Counted from the stretch's first letter, positions 48,295 to 57,098 are shown. The stretch is DNA of 64,000 nt from Candidatus Leptofilum sp. (GCF_965223285.1 NZ_OZ244997.1:3919150-3983149); one strand, 5' to 3'. Notes: generated by a model not told the origin, from the letters alone. Program-made: numbers and translations.

Positions 48295-49498
48295 GCGTAG
48301 ACCACGCCTCTGGCACATGCCCCAATTCAATCTGTTTTGCCCCCAAAAATTTAGCCAGAGAGGTGACAGCTTGGCCAATTTCGCGCACCGTCTTCTTGAA
48401 TTTGGGTGCGTTTGGCTCGGCGTAGACGTTATGAATGTGCAGCGTGTTGCTTTTGCGATCCATTTTGGGGTTAATGCGACCAATGAGCTTGTCCCCGTAC
48501 AAAATAGGCAACACGTAGTAACCGTACTCCCGCTTGGCAGCTGGCACGTAAATTTCAATGCGGAAGTAAAAGTCCCACAACGCTTCGGTGCGGTCACGGT
48601 CACAGATGAGGTTGTCAAAGGGGGAAAGTAGGGTTGTGCGGGGCTGCCAATCCCCATTTTGGAGCTGGCGCAGCAGCGGCAGGTCGTCGGCGTGCAGGTA
48701 GTAATCATCGCCAAGATCAGCGACCGTGACGGGGATGAGAATGTCTTCTTTGATAAGTTGGTTGAGGACGGCCGTTAACCCTGGATACATTCCGCGCGTG
48801 TAATGCACCTTGATCTGCTTGGCCGTCGCTGCACCCAGGGCGCGGATTGCTTTTTGGGCGGCGGAGCGACAGGTTTGTTCGGCCGTCCATTCTTCTTGAG
48901 GCGTTCCCGCTGGCAGCCACTCCGGTAGCAAGCCCCACCGTCGCTGGTTGCCCACCCGCTCAGTCACGGTGATCGCCCCGTTGGTCCACAAATAGTCGAG
49001 GATAAAGCCCACGAAACGGCCGCTTGACCAGCGAGACTCATAGCGCAGCTCATCCCCGGTTTCAATGTCGCGCGAAAAAAGCGGCCCTTCCCGACGTAAT
49101 CTGTTCAGAATGTGGTCTTTGAGTTCGTACAGGCCAGGATGCTTGTCGAACCATTTTTGATATCTTGTGGCGCGACGTTTGTCTTCCCGCCGCTGGCGCA
49201 TCCCCCAGTTAAACACCCGGTATTCTTCGGTTAGCACCATCGAGGCGGCGTGTGCCCAATATTCAAACAGAGCTTTCTCTTGCCAGCGCAGCTTTTCTAA
49301 CTCGGCCTCCTCAAAATTACCCAGGCGGCTCCACAGCACCAGCAAATGAGTGCGCTCCACGGCGCGAATGGGGTCTAGCTGTACGCAGCCCAAATCGCGG
49401 ATCACGTCTAGCATGGTGGGAGGCTTCTGCTTGGTAAGGTGCTGGCGACTGATGGCTACTCTGCGCAGTTCCTGTCGGGTGAGGGTGAGTTGGGGCAT
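48278..49498 (-). CDS. Winged-helix DNA glycosylase, YcaQ/AlkZ family
   Basis: ISRQHL....PTMLDVIRDLGCVQLDPIRAVERTHLLVLWSRL, FEYWAHAAS. Confidence 0.85.
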   Translation of the reverse strand: MPQLTLTRQELRRVAISRQHLTKQKPPTMLDVIRDLGCVQLDPIRAVERTHLLVLWSRLGNFEEAELEKLRWQEKALFEYWAHAASMVLTEEYRVFNWGMRQRREDKRRATRYQKWFDKHPGLYELKDHILNRLRREGPLFSRDIETGDELRYESRWSSGRFVGFILDYLWTNGAITVTERVGNQRRWGLLPEWLPAGTPQEEWTAEQTCRSAAQKAIRALGAATAKQIKVHYTRGMYPGLTAVLNQLIKEDILIPVTVADLGDDYYLHADDLPLLRQLQNGDWQPRTTLLSPFDNLICDRDRTEALWDFYFRIEIYVPAAKREYGYYVLPILYGDKLIGRINPKMDRKSNTLHIHNVYAEPNAPKFKKTVREIGQAVTSLAKFLGAKQIELGHVPEAWSTLRQLV

Positions 49499-49731
49499 GA
49501 GATTCTCCTTTTTTTGCCACAGAGAACACAGAGAAAAAGAAGGGGTTGGGCAAGCGGATGGTGCTTTTTGTCTGTCTGTCGATTATACGCGGGAGGTTGA
49601 TTCGGAACAAATGTTCGCAAGGTTAATCGCAAATCTGACGAATGTAAAGGGGTGATTTGTGTTATTCGCCTATTCGTGGCATTTGTGTTTAAAAATGGAA
49701 CCGATGGGGGAGAACGGTGTATTGTAGATAG

Positions 49732-50307
49732 ATGGCACGTTCTGGAACGATGGAGACCGCCAACAAAACGTTAATTCAGCAAGCTCGCCAGGGCGATACG
49801 GCCGCTTGGGAATTGTTGGTTCGCCAGCATCAAGAGGCTGTGTTCCGGTTGGCATATTTGCTGCTGCACAATGCTGCCGATGCGGAAGATGTGGCCCAGG
49901 AGACGTTTGTGCGGGCGTTTTTATCGTTAGAGCGGTTTGATGCGGAACGGCCGTTGCGCCCCTGGTTGCTACAAATCAGCCGCAATTTGTCCAAGAATCG
50001 GCTGCGCAGTTTGTCTCGATATTGGTCAATGGTGACGCGGTACTGGCAGCAGCAGGAACCTGTGGCTATACCAGACTCGGTGAACGGAAATGAGTCGGCC
50101 CGGCTTTGGCGGGCGGTGCAACAATTGCGCCCCAACGCGCAAGAGGTGATTTATTTGCGCTACTTTTTGGAACTGTCTGAGGCGGAAACGGCCGTGGCCC
50201 TCAACATTCCGCCTGGCACGGTGAAATCCCGTCTGCACCGTGCCTTGAGGCAGTTGAAGGGTGTGATTGAGGCGGATTTTGTTGATTTGAAGGAAGTAAT
50301 TGAGTAA
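49732..50307 (+). CDS. ECF sigma-70 factor
   Basis: LVRQHQEAVFRLAYLLLHNAADAEDVAQETFVRAF; region 4 EVIYLRYFLELSEAETAVALNIPPGTVKSRLHRAL. Confidence 0.9.
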   Translation: MARSGTMETANKTLIQQARQGDTAAWELLVRQHQEAVFRLAYLLLHNAADAEDVAQETFVRAFLSLERFDAERPLRPWLLQISRNLSKNRLRSLSRYWSMVTRYWQQQEPVAIPDSVNGNESARLWRAVQQLRPNAQEVIYLRYFLELSEAETAVALNIPPGTVKSRLHRALRQLKGVIEADFVDLKEVIE

Positions 50308-50325
50308 CTGAGCAATTGGTAATTA

Positions 50326-51078
50326 ATGAACGAGACAAACAGTTCTTACGAAAAGCAGATTAAGCAGTGGGCAGTAAGGTTTGATTACCCACCGACGCCG
50401 GACATTGCTGGCCGGGTACGGCCGTGGCTCACCAATCCGCCAGCGAACGCCCGACAATCCAGGCGGGTTGCCTGGGCATTGGCGGGGCTGCTGCTGGTGG
50501 CCAGCTTGTTGGCCGTGCCCAGCGTGCGTGCTGCCTTGGTGCAAATTTTGCGGGCTGGGGGGATGACGATTTTGGTGGGTGAAGAAACGGCCGTTGACCA
50601 AATACCGCCGCTGCTGAACGAGCAACTTCCCGCGTTTACCGTTCCCATTACGCTGGATGAGGCGATGGCGCGGTTCTCCAATTTGGTATTGCCCACCGAG
50701 TTGCCACCACCGGATGATGTGTTGCTGCATGAAGAGCCGGTGTGGGATACGGCCGTTATCTTCCTCTGGCGCGACGAGGCAGACCCGCAGCAAATTGGGC
50801 TGAGTTTGTACCAAATCTTCGTGCCGGAGTATGCGTACAAAGGGAGCGAGATGCTGGAAATGACGGTAGTGAACGGCAGCCAGGCATTTTGGCTCGATGG
50901 GCCGCACTACTTCCGTTTGCAGGATAGTGCGCTGACGGCTGGCGCGGTTGAAGAATGGCTGTTTGTGGAAGGGAGCGTGCTGATTTGGTGGGAAGGCAAC
51001 GTGACTTACCGCTTGGAAGGTGCAGATTCGCTGGAAGACGCTTTGCGGATTGCTGAATCACTAAAAATTGTTGAATAA
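50326..51078 (+). CDS. Anti-sigma factor with an extracytoplasmic DUF4367-like domain
   Basis: One TM helix (VAWALAGLLLVASLLAV). The C-terminal VLIWWEGNVTYRLEGADSLEDALRIAESL matches the protein at 44855..46021. Adjacent to the sigma gene. Confidence 0.7.
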   Translation: MNETNSSYEKQIKQWAVRFDYPPTPDIAGRVRPWLTNPPANARQSRRVAWALAGLLLVASLLAVPSVRAALVQILRAGGMTILVGEETAVDQIPPLLNEQLPAFTVPITLDEAMARFSNLVLPTELPPPDDVLLHEEPVWDTAVIFLWRDEADPQQIGLSLYQIFVPEYAYKGSEMLEMTVVNGSQAFWLDGPHYFRLQDSALTAGAVEEWLFVEGSVLIWWEGNVTYRLEGADSLEDALRIAESLKIVE

Positions 51079-51167
51079 GCCGTAGCCGCAGATTCTTTCT
51101 GCGCCGCCAAAACTACAGGAAGGAGTTTTGTGATGCGTAAAAAATTGATGATGACCTGGGTTTATTT

Positions 51168-52001
51168 TTGCTGATTGGTTTGTTTGCCTGGGCAGATGCG
51201 GCGCGGGCCGGGGGCTGGGCGACGTTGACCTTGTCTGAATTGCCGGAAGAAGTGGTGGCGGAACGGCCGTTCACTGTTGAATTTCTTTTGTTGCAGCATG
51301 GTCAAACGCCAGTTGTGGGCAGTGATCTGTTTACGGAGGTGCGGGCAGTGCATTCGGCCAGCGGCGAACAAGTCGCTGTAAAGGCTGAACCGATGAAGCG
51401 GCCTGGTTATTACACGGCAACCCTGGTTTTACCGATGGCAGGGGCATGGCAGTGGGAGATTGAAGCGTTTACGGCCGTTTACCCCATGCCGCCATTAACC
51501 GTCAATGGCGTTGCCGGTGTGATGGAAGAAGTGGGGAGTGGAACGGCCGTTCCCTGGAATCTTGTGCTGGGTTGGTCGGCAGCCGCAGCGGCAATTGTTT
51601 GTTTTTACGGCTGGACGCGCCAGCCGAAGCGGCAACGGCTGGTAGTGGCAGCTTTTTTAGGCACCATGAGCCTCATTGGGTTTGTGCTGCACGCCCAAAT
51701 GCCCCAGGCAGCGTTGGCCGAAAGTGCAACCACACCTGTGCCCGCCATTGCGCCAGAGATGATGGGCGAAGCGTTGTTTGTGGCCAAAGGGTGCATCCAG
51801 TGCCACACCAATGAAAATGTGGCACTGGCTGAAAATTTACTCGAGATTGGGCCAGACTTAACCTTTGTCAAACGTTCGCCCGAATATGTGGCCCTCTGGT
51901 TAGCAAACCCCTCTGACCTCAAAGCAGACACGACTATGCCGAACCTGCACCTCAGCGAAACAGAGATTGATGCGCTTGTTGCCTTTCTATACCAGGATTG
52001 A
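51168..52001 (+). CDS. Membrane-associated c-type cytochrome (YtkA/FixH-like N-domain + class I haem domain); apparent frameshift near the start
   Basis: CIQCH plus a distal TTMPNL Met ligand. The AGGAG RBS and ATG at 51133 are in another frame and stop at 51172-51174 (see finding). Confidence 0.7.
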   Translation: MLIGLFAWADAARAGGWATLTLSELPEEVVAERPFTVEFLLLQHGQTPVVGSDLFTEVRAVHSASGEQVAVKAEPMKRPGYYTATLVLPMAGAWQWEIEAFTAVYPMPPLTVNGVAGVMEEVGSGTAVPWNLVLGWSAAAAAIVCFYGWTRQPKRQRLVVAAFLGTMSLIGFVLHAQMPQAALAESATTPVPAIAPEMMGEALFVAKGCIQCHTNENVALAENLLEIGPDLTFVKRSPEYVALWLANPSDLKADTTMPNLHLSETEIDALVAFLYQD

Positions 52002-52024
52002 TTTCTCAATGGCAGCAAGGATTT

Positions 52025-52090
52025 ATCCACAGAGTTCGCACGCAGATTAAAAACAAATAATCTGCGAAATCCGCGAAATCTGTGGCTAAA
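52025..52090. repeat. Third full copy of the CACAGA / ATCTGTGG 9-nt-word hairpin element
   Basis: CCACAGAGTTCGCACGCAGATT ... AATCTGCGAAATCCGCGAAATCTGTGGCTAAA. It abuts the stop codon of the next gene. Confidence 0.8.
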
Positions 52091-52909
52091 TTACAATTCT
52101 TCAGGCCATTCGGCGTGGGGGCGCTGCTTGCGGCAAATTTCCAGCAGGCTATCTAGCTTATCATGCCTCTCGCAGTAGAGGATGATCTCTTTTGCCAGTT
52201 CTGGCTTGGTGGCGTTGGGCAGGTTGTCCTTATCAATGCCCAGGTCAAAGCAGAGGTCTTCTAGCTCTTCCTTGTTGAAGTAGCGCACCATGAGCTCTTT
52301 CAAGCGGATGCGGTTTTGCAGCAAGGTGTCGGCCTGTTCTTCGTGGAGAACGGCCGTATAAAATTCCGCTACCGCCAGTTTCCGGGTAGAAATATTGTTG
52401 CGCTGCTCCATCGTCATTTGGGCCAGCGTGCGGTTGTGGCCATTGGGGATGAAGATGGCATCCCAGCCAAAAATGTGGCTACCGCGCGGCTCTGGGGCGA
52501 TGGTTCCTGGCAGCGTACCGGTAAACACCCGCACACGGCCGTCTGGGGCATGGTAGGCTAGTTTGGTAACGGCCGTCGCCGTGCGGTCTACAAAAGGTTC
52601 CAGCATCTTGCAAATGCCATCTGCCCCCACGTTGCCCATAAACAGCCCCGTCACATTTCCGGGCAAATTGCGCCAGGCCCGGATGTTCAGGTTGGTTTGC
52701 TCCACCAAAAATGGCGTGTAGGGCAGCATAGTCGCCACCTCCCCCACCTTGCGCCGAATGAGAATATCAATGTCATCAGTGACAATATCCTTCACGTTGT
52801 AGCGGAACAAAAATAGATTGGCATATTTACCCAGCAAAAATTGATAATCGTTGAACTTGTCATCCCAGGATGAGACGAAGTAGAGGCGGTCGAGGCGTTC
52901 TTTTGGCAT
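52091..52909 (-). CDS. Ham1/ITPase-like (RdgB-fold) NTP pyrophosphatase fused to a C-terminal effector-associated (death-like) domain
   Basis: It aligns by eye to RdgB: VSSWDDKFNDY (TGNxGKxxE), LVEQTNL (ADDSGL), LPGNVTG (PGxYS), FGWDAIF (FGYDPIF), ISTR (SHR). The C-terminal LKELMVRYFNKEELEDLCFDLGIDKDNLPNATKPELAKEIILYCERHDKLDSLLEICRKQRP matches the EAD pattern. Start set at the ATG at 52909. Confidence 0.65.
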   Translation of the reverse strand: MPKERLDRLYFVSSWDDKFNDYQFLLGKYANLFLFRYNVKDIVTDDIDILIRRKVGEVATMLPYTPFLVEQTNLNIRAWRNLPGNVTGLFMGNVGADGICKMLEPFVDRTATAVTKLAYHAPDGRVRVFTGTLPGTIAPEPRGSHIFGWDAIFIPNGHNRTLAQMTMEQRNNISTRKLAVAEFYTAVLHEEQADTLLQNRIRLKELMVRYFNKEELEDLCFDLGIDKDNLPNATKPELAKEIILYCERHDKLDSLLEICRKQRPHAEWPEEL

Positions 52910-52985
52910 GGAAATATTGTAAACAGAATGCCCCTGATTTGGAAGACTCAATCTGGGGCGGGGTGCGGTCAAAAGTTTTGTAGGA

Positions 52986-53043
52986 GATTACAAAAGTCTT
53001 CACGTCTGCACCAGCAGCTTTGCAAGGCCAGACTTTTGTAATC
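52986..53043. repeat. Perfect 14-bp inverted repeat GATTACAAAAGTCT / AGACTTTTGTAATC
   Basis: Arms at 52986-52999 and 53030-53043. Confidence 0.85.
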
Positions 53044-53101
53044 TTGTGTGGTAAACAACAAGTAAATGCACCCTCTGAGTCTAAAATACGTAAGAAAATT
53101 T

Positions 53102-53150
53102 TCACGCAAAGTCGCAAAGTATATTCTCATTGCTTTGCGACTTTGCGTGA
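53102..53150. repeat. Perfect 18-bp inverted repeat TCACGCAAAGTCGCAAAG / CTTTGCGACTTTGCGTGA
   Basis: Arms at 53102-53119 and 53133-53150. The CTTTGCGTGAG word recurs at 34818-34828. Confidence 0.85.
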
Positions 53151-53173
53151 GCCTATAAAAATATGCCAAGCTA

Positions 53174-54589
53174 TCAGGGCAACGATAACGTAGGTTGCCC
53201 TGCGTTGCTTAAAATCATGACCGGGTCGCCGCCGTTGGCCGGGAGCTGCATGATGTGGCGTTGAGGGGTGTATGCTTGCAGCCTGTCTGGATTGCCTTCC
53301 ACGACCTGGGCGGCGGCAAACAACGGCCGTTCATTTTCTACCCACACAAAGATGAGGTCGCCAACGGCCGTTTCGCGTACCTGAGCATAGGCATGATCAT
53401 CTTCTCCAAATAGCAATCGTTCTTCGCCAGAGCCATCCGACTGGATGCGCCACAGTGCCGATTCGTAAAACGCAAAATACAGTCCCTGGCTGTCCAAGGA
53501 TTCCCGCCCTAGGGGATTGCGCTCTGTGTAATAAATTGTGCCACTGGTTTGGCCGATGAAAATCAGCTCCACTTTGGCAGTTGTGGGAATTACTGTAACT
53601 TCTGTGGAGTCTGGCGTGCCGGTAACCAACTGATTACTCTCTAAATCATCCCGACTCCAGGCGTTACCGGTGACGGCATACCAGCGGTCTTCGCTGGCGT
53701 TTAGCACCAAATTGCGCAAAGGTCGGTCAAACCCCGGTAGTTCGGTGCCAGTGGTCATATCAAAACGGCCGATGCCGATATTGGTACAGTCGACAGTGTA
53801 AAGCAGAATATTCTGCGCGGTCCACTCGGTAACGCCCATCAGGTAACCGTAAGAGGTGCCACCCTCGTTTTCATAAAGCACTTCGCTGAGCGAACGGCCG
53901 CCGCCGCCACAGCCACCCCCAGGCATTTGCCTAGTTCCTTCTAATTGGGGCGTGCCCAGGCTGCCATCTTCGGCAACAGGCATGGTCCAAACTTCAAACA
54001 GCCAACTGCCCAGCGGGTCAAAATCCGATGGCTCAATGAAGGTATCGGTTTGTTTTATGTAGGCAATGGCACGGCCGTCTGGCGACCAATCACCGGGGCG
54101 AATAAACCCGACATCATCGATGATTTGTACCTTGCCCTGCCGGTCGCTCAGGCGCAGACTGCTGCTTTCGCCATTGTAATAGGTGTAGAGTAAAAACTGC
54201 CCGTCGGGCGACCACTTGAGGTAATTCAGAGAGCAGTAGCTGCCTTCCGGGCATGGCTCGGTATACACTGGTACGATGTCGCTATCGGGCAAGGTGCGTA
54301 TGAAAAGCTGTTTGTTCTGCACGTAGGCGATGGCATTGGCGGATACGGCCGTCAGACTGTCTACCATTTCTCGTTGTGGCGGTATTGGCAGGCTTGTTTT
54401 GGTGGGAACGGCCGTTGGTGAGGGGGCGTCTGTGGGTGGGGGCAACGGGGAGGGGAGGGTTGTTGCTGTAGGAGCGGCCGTTTCGGTAGGCTGAACACGA
54501 ATAGCTGCAACCGTCACCGGTTCTGAAGCACTTTCAGGCAAACAGCCCACTAAAACCAAGCAAAACACGACAATCAACAAACGCTTCAC
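53174..54589 (-). CDS. Lipoprotein with TolB-like beta-propeller repeats
   Basis: Lipobox VLVGCL, a Pro/Thr linker, and WSPDGQFLLY / WSPDGRAIAY repeats. A GTG start at 54589 is preceded by AAGGAG. Confidence 0.65.
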   Translation of the reverse strand: MKRLLIVVFCLVLVGCLPESASEPVTVAAIRVQPTETAAPTATTLPSPLPPPTDAPSPTAVPTKTSLPIPPQREMVDSLTAVSANAIAYVQNKQLFIRTLPDSDIVPVYTEPCPEGSYCSLNYLKWSPDGQFLLYTYYNGESSSLRLSDRQGKVQIIDDVGFIRPGDWSPDGRAIAYIKQTDTFIEPSDFDPLGSWLFEVWTMPVAEDGSLGTPQLEGTRQMPGGGCGGGGRSLSEVLYENEGGTSYGYLMGVTEWTAQNILLYTVDCTNIGIGRFDMTTGTELPGFDRPLRNLVLNASEDRWYAVTGNAWSRDDLESNQLVTGTPDSTEVTVIPTTAKVELIFIGQTSGTIYYTERNPLGRESLDSQGLYFAFYESALWRIQSDGSGEERLLFGEDDHAYAQVRETAVGDLIFVWVENERPLFAAAQVVEGNPDRLQAYTPQRHIMQLPANGGDPVMILSNAGQPTLSLP

Positions 54590-54709
54590 ACTATCTGCTC
54601 CTTTTGAGCCAGATGAAGAAGATAATGGCTCAATCCAAAGCAAGCATACCGAAAACAAGATGGTTGAGTTGGACGATTGGGCTACGAGAGAGGTACCGCA
54701 AGCAAATGG

Positions 54710-57010
54710 TTAACGGTTTAATCTCCAGTCGAGGGCGGTGTGGCGTTGGGTGGTTTTGTCGTTTTTGACGGCGATGCGGATCGCTTTGCGGGTGCCGACG
54801 AGGATGACCAGCTTTTTGGCACGAGTAACGGCCGTATACAATAAATTCCGCTGCAACATGAGGTAGTGCTGGGTGGCCACCGGCATGACTACACACGGGT
54901 ACTCTGCCCCCTGGCTTTTATGCACGGAGATAGCGTAGGCGTGAACCAGCTCATCCACCTCCAAAAAGTCGTACACGACTGGCGCACCATCAATACTGAC
55001 GGTTAGATTTTGCTGCAAAATGTCCATCGCCGTGACGCGGCCGATGTCGCCGTTGTAGACGTTTTTGTCATAGTTGTTCACCGTCTGCATCACCTTGTCG
55101 CCCACGCGGAACAGCCGCCCACCCAGCTTGCGCTCCGCTTTGCGCTTGGCCCCTGGATTAAGCGCGGCTTGCAGCAGCAGATTCAAATTGTTCACACCCA
55201 CCGCACCGTTGTACATTGGTGCCAGCACTTGAATATCGTCCAGCGGATCGAGCTTGAACTTGAGCGGCACCCGGTTTCTAACTACATCTACGAGCAGTTC
55301 GGCCGCTTCGGCGGAGTCTTCCTTCACAAAAATGAAGAAGTCGTTGGCCTCTGGACTGGTTTGCGGCATTTTGCCTTCGTTGATCAGGTGGGCGTTGCTG
55401 ATGATGAGCGAATCGGACGCCTGACGAAAGATGGTTTGCAGGCGAACAACGGCCGTTTTCCCCGAATCGATCAAATCCCCCAGTATGTCCCCCGCGCCCA
55501 CGCTGGGAAGCTGATCCACATCCCCTACCAGCAGCAAATGGCTGTCTGGCGAAATCGCTTTGAGCAGGTTGTGCGTCAGCAGCAAATCCAGCATCGAGGC
55601 TTCGTCAATAATCACCATATCAGCGTCGAGCGGATTGCTTTCGGAACGGCCGAATCCTTCCCCCGGCTTGAACTCCAGCAAGCGATGGACCGTTTTGGCT
55701 TCACGCCCGGTTGCCTCCGCCAGCCGCTTGGCCGCGCGGCCCGTGGGGGAGGCGAGTGCGTAAGTGAGGCGATGCCTGTCTAGCAAATCCAACAAAGCCC
55801 GCATGGTGGTGGTTTTGCCCGTGCCTGGGCCGCCGGTGAGAATGGTGACTTTGTGGGTAACGGCCGTTTGGATGGCGTGGAGCTGCTGAGGAGCCAACTG
55901 GATTTCTGATTTTCGATTTTGGATTTTCGATTGATGGCCGGCATTTTGATTCCGCAGAGTAGCCAATCGACTGGTAGGATGGTCTAGCAAGCGCTGGATG
56001 CGCTGCGTAACCCCCACTTCAGAATAGTAAAACGGCGTCAGGTAGACTGCCCGCTCTTCCCGCACCGCTGGTGTTCCCGCATTGTAAATTGGCTTCTCTT
56101 CACCGATTACTGAATACTGACCACTGTTTACTGCTGACGGTTCACCGCTCACCGGATATCGCAGCGTCTCCCGTTTGATAAAATCGCTCGTTTCTAAATG
56201 ATCGATAACGGCCGTTACCTTCTCCGCCGCCAATCCCAAAATTTCGGCCGCTTCTGGTTCCAACTCTTCCTGCGGCATGTAAACGTGGCCATCCTCCGCC
56301 ATGCGGTTGAGCGTGTAGGCGATGCCCGCCTCAATGCGGCCTGGATCGTCGGCAGCTAACCCCAACGCCTGGGCAATTTTATCGGCCGTTTTGAAGCCAA
56401 TGCCGTACACGTCCTGCACCAACTTGTACGGCGTGTTTTGCACAATGGCCAGGGAGGTGTCGCCATATTTTTTGTATATTTTGGTCGCCAGATTGGTAGA
56501 AACGCCGTGCGACTGCAAAAAGATCATCACGTCCTTGATGGCCCGCTGCTCCTCCCACGCCTTCATAATTTGCCCCACGCGCTTGCGGCCAATGCCTAGC
56601 ACCGTTTGCAATCGCTCCGGCTCGTATTCGATGACGTCCAACGTCTCTTCGCCAAAGTGCTGCACGATGCGTTCGGCCATCACCTTGCCTACGCCGCGAA
56701 TCATGCCCGAGCCAAGATACCGCTTGATGCCCTCGATGGTGGCGGGCAGCGACTGTTCGCAAAATTCGGCCAGAAATTGACGGCCGTGTTTGGGATGATT
56801 GCCCCATTTGCCCGTCAGCTTCAGCCATTCGCCCGGCTGCACCTCTGGCAAATTGCCTACCACAGTGATGAGTGCCTCTCGTCCGCTGGCATAGCGAAAG
56901 GGCAACATTCCCCGCGAGTCGGGCTTAAGCCGCAGCACGGTGTACCCATTTTCCTCGTTATAGTAGGTAATGCGCTCCACAGAGCCAGCGATCTGAACTT
57001 GCTCGGACAT
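54710..57010 (-). CDS. recD2: RecD2-type SF1B DNA helicase
   Basis: N-terminal GSVERITYYNEENGYTVLRL, HhH region, GGPGTGKTT, IIDEASMLD, LVGDVDQLPSVG, and C-terminal ISVHKSQGAEYP...LLYTAVTRAK. Confidence 0.92.
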   Translation of the reverse strand: MSEQVQIAGSVERITYYNEENGYTVLRLKPDSRGMLPFRYASGREALITVVGNLPEVQPGEWLKLTGKWGNHPKHGRQFLAEFCEQSLPATIEGIKRYLGSGMIRGVGKVMAERIVQHFGEETLDVIEYEPERLQTVLGIGRKRVGQIMKAWEEQRAIKDVMIFLQSHGVSTNLATKIYKKYGDTSLAIVQNTPYKLVQDVYGIGFKTADKIAQALGLAADDPGRIEAGIAYTLNRMAEDGHVYMPQEELEPEAAEILGLAAEKVTAVIDHLETSDFIKRETLRYPVSGEPSAVNSGQYSVIGEEKPIYNAGTPAVREERAVYLTPFYYSEVGVTQRIQRLLDHPTSRLATLRNQNAGHQSKIQNRKSEIQLAPQQLHAIQTAVTHKVTILTGGPGTGKTTTMRALLDLLDRHRLTYALASPTGRAAKRLAEATGREAKTVHRLLEFKPGEGFGRSESNPLDADMVIIDEASMLDLLLTHNLLKAISPDSHLLLVGDVDQLPSVGAGDILGDLIDSGKTAVVRLQTIFRQASDSLIISNAHLINEGKMPQTSPEANDFFIFVKEDSAEAAELLVDVVRNRVPLKFKLDPLDDIQVLAPMYNGAVGVNNLNLLLQAALNPGAKRKAERKLGGRLFRVGDKVMQTVNNYDKNVYNGDIGRVTAMDILQQNLTVSIDGAPVVYDFLEVDELVHAYAISVHKSQGAEYPCVVMPVATQHYLMLQRNLLYTAVTRAKKLVILVGTRKAIRIAVKNDKTTQRHTALDWRLNR

Positions 57011-57067
57011 GGCGTAATTGTATTGGGTAATTGGGCAATTGAGTAATTTGTTGGCTCATTTCCACAA

Positions 57068-57098
57068 GAATACAAAAGTCTCGCAGACTTTTGTATTC
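57068..57098. repeat. Perfect 14-bp hairpin GAATACAAAAGTCT CGC AGACTTTTGTATTC
   Basis: Arms at 57068-57081 and 57085-57098, in the divergent intergenic region upstream of recD2. Confidence 0.85.

Noticed and set aside
47968-48714. 248-aa minus-strand ORF spanning the ATPase/YcaQ junction
   Set aside because: It is out of frame with YcaQ and antisense to the ATPase, with no motif. Both overlapped genes have clear family signatures.
55010-55783. 257-aa plus-strand ORF inside recD2
   Set aside because: It is antisense to the conserved helicase core motifs and is a shadow ORF. The same reasoning applies to 43088..43663, 45261..45875 and 42785..43087, and to the same-strand off-frame ORF 56379..56828.
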